A stretch of 64,000 nucleotides of DNA from an uncultured bacterium (GTDB taxonomy: Bacteria > Chloroflexota > Anaerolineae > J036 > Brachytrichaceae), in assembly GCA_903921365.1 (NCBI GenBank), contig CAIXPS010000315.1, forward strand, positions 19,629-83,628, given 5' to 3'. The notes beneath the pieces were generated by a model that saw only the letters and a list, made by a program, of their open reading frames with translations, was not told the DNA's origin and did not search any database. Below, one piece after another: positions 59,272 through 64,000 of this stretch (positions within the stretch are counted from its first letter, which is position 1; each line of letters begins with the position of its first letter). The position numbers and the translations under genes are program-made.

Positions 59272-59697
59272 ATGTTACGTTCACGTACAGTACCCCGGCG
59301 CGGGTGGAATCTTGAGTTTGTGATGTGGGTGTTTACGCGCGTCTCCGGCGCCGCCATGCTCATCCTTGGCGCTCTCGGCATGATTGGCGCGTTGATCATG
59401 GGCGCGCGCACACAGATGGATCTGGCGACGTTGATGCGCTGGACGTTTTTCCCGAACCCGAATCATGTAGTCAATAGCAATATCCCCGATATTAACCTGG
59501 GGTGGGTGAGTCTCTATTGGCGCATCCTGCAGACGCTGATCGTTTTCTTTGGCGTGTCGCACGGCTTTAACGGCCTGCGCGTGGTGATGGATGACTACAT
59601 TCATCATGACGCAGTCCGCAAGGTGTTGCGCGTGGTGATTCTCGTCCTGTGGATAGCGGTGATGGCAGTAGCTCTCTACATCATTATCACCTCATAA
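59272..59697 (+). CDS. Second SdhD-like hydrophobic membrane anchor
   Basis: WVFTRVSG and SHGFNGLRVVMDDY; AAGGAG RBS. Confidence 0.85.
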   Translation: MLRSRTVPRRGWNLEFVMWVFTRVSGAAMLILGALGMIGALIMGARTQMDLATLMRWTFFPNPNHVVNSNIPDINLGWVSLYWRILQTLIVFFGVSHGFNGLRVVMDDYIHHDAVRKVLRVVILVLWIAVMAVALYIIITS

Positions 59698-59728
59698 TAA
59701 CCCCCCGACAAAAGACAAAAGACAACAG

Positions 59729-59765
59729 AAAGCCTGGTTTCCAACTTTGGAAACCAGGCTTTTTT
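59729..59765. terminator. Terminator hairpin between the extra sdhD and sdhB
   Basis: AAAGCCTGGTTTCCAA-ct-TTGGAAACCAGGCTTT then TTT. Confidence 0.85.
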
Positions 59766-59792
59766 GTTGACAACACCTGCAGAAGGCAGTTA

Positions 59793-60500
59793 TCAGTCGA
59801 TCTTGCCGGTGATGAGGGCTGCCTTCACTTCACCGATAACGCGCGTAACCTGGATGTCGCGTGGGCACACATCGGTGCAGTTAAAGACGGTGCGACAGCG
59901 CCAGACGCCGTCAGGTTCACCCAGCACTTTTAGTCGCTCGGCGGCGCCCTGGTCGCGCGAGTCAAAGATAAACCGATGCGCCTGCACGATGGCTGCCGGG
60001 CCGACGTAGTCACCTCTGGCCCAGAATGACGGACAACTGGTGGTGCAACAGGCGCATAGAATACACTTGGTGCTGTCGTCGTAACGCTCGCGATCCTCTG
60101 GCGACTGCAATCTTTCGCGTTCTCCTGGCGTCGTGTTGTTGATCAGGAAGGGCATCACGGTGCGGTAGTGGGCGAAGAAAGGCTCCATATCGACGATCAG
60201 GTCCTTGATGACCGGCAACCCCAGAATTGGCTCGATCGTGATCTTTCCGCCCTGGACGGCGTCGCGGATCAGCAGCTTGCATGCCAGCGCATTTCGGCCA
60301 TTAATGCGCATGGCGTCGCTGCCGCAGATGCCATGCGCGCAACTGCGCCTGAAGTTGAGCGTGCCGTCAATATCCCATTTCACAGTCTGCAACGCATCGA
60401 GCACGCGATCGCTCTCATCCGCCTCGACATCGTACTCGCCCCAGTAGGGCTTTTTGTCCTTCTCAGGGTTAAATCGCTTGATCTTGAAGTGTACTTTCAT
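59793..60500 (-). CDS. sdhB: Succinate dehydrogenase Fe-S subunit
   Basis: SCAHGICGSD, CILCACCTTSCP and CRTVFNCTDVCP. Confidence 0.97.
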   Translation of the reverse strand: MKVHFKIKRFNPEKDKKPYWGEYDVEADESDRVLDALQTVKWDIDGTLNFRRSCAHGICGSDAMRINGRNALACKLLIRDAVQGGKITIEPILGLPVIKDLIVDMEPFFAHYRTVMPFLINNTTPGERERLQSPEDRERYDDSTKCILCACCTTSCPSFWARGDYVGPAAIVQAHRFIFDSRDQGAAERLKVLGEPDGVWRCRTVFNCTDVCPRDIQVTRVIGEVKAALITGKID

Positions 60501-60552
60501 GAATCAATTTCCTCGTGTCTCTGTCCGCTTCACACATTACAACACACGGTTA

Positions 60553-62319
<1,767 letters not shown>

Positions 62320-62343
62320 GTTATCTATTTCCTTGTGCCAAAT

Positions 62344-62817
62344 CTATCGTATCACTGCCGCGCCGGCCGCGGCTGCATTAACTCCCAGGAATAAAACTGC
62401 TATGCCTGACACTGAAACAAAGACGATCAGGAGGGTGGACAGTCCCATAAAGCCCCAATACAACGGGCGGTAATGGAAGTAGTCCCACAGCACCTGGCGC
62501 AACCCATTCAGGCCATGGATCATCGCGAGTCCCAGCAGGACGGCATAATACGCCCGCCAGAACCAGATCTGGATCGTAGCGACCTGACCTGCCGCGCCCC
62601 AGCGGTCAATGGTTACCTGGAGGGTCAGGTCATGAACACTGTTAAAGACATGCTGCAATCCCCAGTGGCTGAGCGCCAGGAACACCAGCACCAGGCCACT
62701 ATAGCGCATAAACAACCACGCGACGCGCTCAAAGGTGTTGCGGGGTTTGATGCTGTTTCTCGCGATGTGGCGCGCCATCTGCGGGTTGTTTGTGGCGACT
62801 GAATCTGTGCTTGACAT
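62344..62817 (-). CDS. sdhD: Succinate dehydrogenase hydrophobic anchor
   Basis: WLFMRYSG..LALSH and IHGLNGLRQVLWDY. Confidence 0.92.
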   Translation of the reverse strand: MSSTDSVATNNPQMARHIARNSIKPRNTFERVAWLFMRYSGLVLVFLALSHWGLQHVFNSVHDLTLQVTIDRWGAAGQVATIQIWFWRAYYAVLLGLAMIHGLNGLRQVLWDYFHYRPLYWGFMGLSTLLIVFVSVSGIAVLFLGVNAAAAGAAVIR

Positions 62818-62829
62818 GTATATTGCCGC

Positions 62830-63252
62830 TTATCTACCTACTGCCGATGCAACCGGCCCGAAGTTGGCGTTGAGTGTGTAGATGATCATGATGACGATCG
62901 TGGGAGCGGCAAGGATGGCTGTGACGATCAGGCTGATGCGCGTCACTTTCTGCTGGTTAGCCCACATCTCCGGTCGCAGGTCCAGGATCGCCACGCGCAC
63001 GCCGTTGACAGCATGGAATATAAGCAATGCTGCCAGCGCCAGTTCCAACACCGAAAAAAGCGGCGTCTTGAACAGGGCGATCATTTCCTCGTGCACCGGC
63101 ACATTGAAGTAAGCAAGGGACATGTCATAGACATGAATGATCAAATAAAACAGAATCCCGAGCCCGCTGATGCGATGCAACGCCCACAACCACTGGCCCT
63201 CACGACCCTTGTAGCGCAGTGCTTCACGCACCGTTATAAATAACGTTCCCAT
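62830..63252 (-). CDS. sdhC: Succinate dehydrogenase cytochrome b556 subunit
   Basis: LHRISG, IIHVYD and FHAVNGVRVAILD. Confidence 0.94.
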   Translation of the reverse strand: MGTLFITVREALRYKGREGQWLWALHRISGLGILFYLIIHVYDMSLAYFNVPVHEEMIALFKTPLFSVLELALAALLIFHAVNGVRVAILDLRPEMWANQQKVTRISLIVTAILAAPTIVIMIIYTLNANFGPVASAVGR

Positions 63253-63319
63253 CTTTTTCCTTTACACGACCTCCACGATAAGTCATTTGATAAGTGATAT
63301 AAGCCAAACAAGTATAAAT

Positions 63320-64000
63320 CTACCTGACGCGAAATTGACCCAGCGGGAATAAGTCATCTGGCGTTCCCGCGTGGAATCTGACACCCGTCGCCGGGACATA
63401 AAAGCCAGTGACGGCTCGCAACGTCCCGGTCGCCGTCATCGGTATGGCAAGTCCGAATGTCTCATCGATGCATTCGCCTGCCTGCCACATGTCTGTGGGG
63501 TACGCGCCTTTCTGCGGGGCATGATCGTCCTGGGCGATCATGATGCCGCGTTCATCGTATACATGCACAAAGGCGTTTCCACCCTGGTTGGATGCCTGCC
63601 AAGCCTCGTATGTTAACTGAATGGTCATCGTAGTTCCAGCCTGTGCGTCAGAAGGTATGCTGACCTGCCGAAGCGCGATGTTGTCGAAGGCGCCGATCGG
63701 CGGCTGCCAGAACACGGCCATTGGCTGTGGCGGCGCGTCGATTCTGAATCGCCCCACGATTGGCGCGACCGGACGCCCTGCGCTATCACGCGCCTGAAGC
63801 TGATGGGTGATGCTCATCGCGAGGGTGTTTGGCTGGCCTTCTGCCCGCTTGAACTCATACACGGAGACGTTCACGCGCCCAAGCGCCGGAAGATGTGCGC
63901 ACGGCTTTTCGAGCAGGACGTAATACTCGTCTTCAAAGGTGTCGCCGGGGTTCCAGTTGGTGCTGGGGTAGGCGCCGCGCGCCGGTTCGACGTTCAGGTT
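63320..64000 (-). CDS. C-terminal part of a large protein with repeated beta-sandwich modules (often appended to GT-C glycosyltransferases), truncated by window edge
   Basis: Frame open to the window end; repeated GAYPSTNWNPGD and GAYPTDMWQAGE; FVHVYD..IAQDD. Confidence 0.65.
   Translation of the reverse strand, partial: NLNVEPARGAYPSTNWNPGDTFEDEYYVLLEKPCAHLPALGRVNVSVYEFKRAEGQPNTLAMSITHQLQARDSAGRPVAPIVGRFRIDAPPQPMAVFWQPPIGAFDNIALRQVSIPSDAQAGTTMTIQLTYEAWQASNQGGNAFVHVYDERGIMIAQDDHAPQKGAYPTDMWQAGECIDETFGLAIPMTATGTLRAVTGFYVPATGVRFHAGTPDDLFPLGQFRVR

Noticed and set aside
63277..63295. GATAAGT x2 upstream of sdhC
   Set aside because: Too short to distinguish from chance in an AT-rich spacer

Overview
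A gene-dense, GC-rich core chromosomal segment. Gene content and protein style suggest a Chloroflexota (Anaerolineae-like) bacterium, which is an inference. It holds the rpsB-tsf-pyrH-frr-uppS-cdsA cluster, three MoxR/VWA/DUF58 modules, a ccmC-ccmD-ccdA operon, psuG plus a nucleoside hydrolase, gmk, spoVS, a two-component system, a MacAB-like ABC exporter, arfB and a respiratory block (Rieske/cytochrome b complex, an extra SdhC/SdhD pair and sdhCDAB). I saw no rRNA, tRNA, CRISPR array, transposase or prophage. The most unusual signals are: (1) a CcdA that appears circularly permuted, with the normally N-terminal SPCVLP helix at the C-terminus; (2) a second, divergent SdhCD-type membrane anchor transcribed back-to-back with a Rieske/cyt b6/cyt b-c-c complex and missing one canonical heme His; (3) two large exported proteins with degenerate catalytic motifs (a GH57 amylopullulanase-like lipoprotein and a class A beta-lactamase-fold protein); (4) a PHP gene whose conserved N-terminus needs a CTG start overlapping the spoVS stop; (5) a perfect 43-bp palindrome, a REP-like repeat cluster and several candidate leaderless or bidirectional promoters. 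All protein calls come from motif recognition by eye, not database searches.
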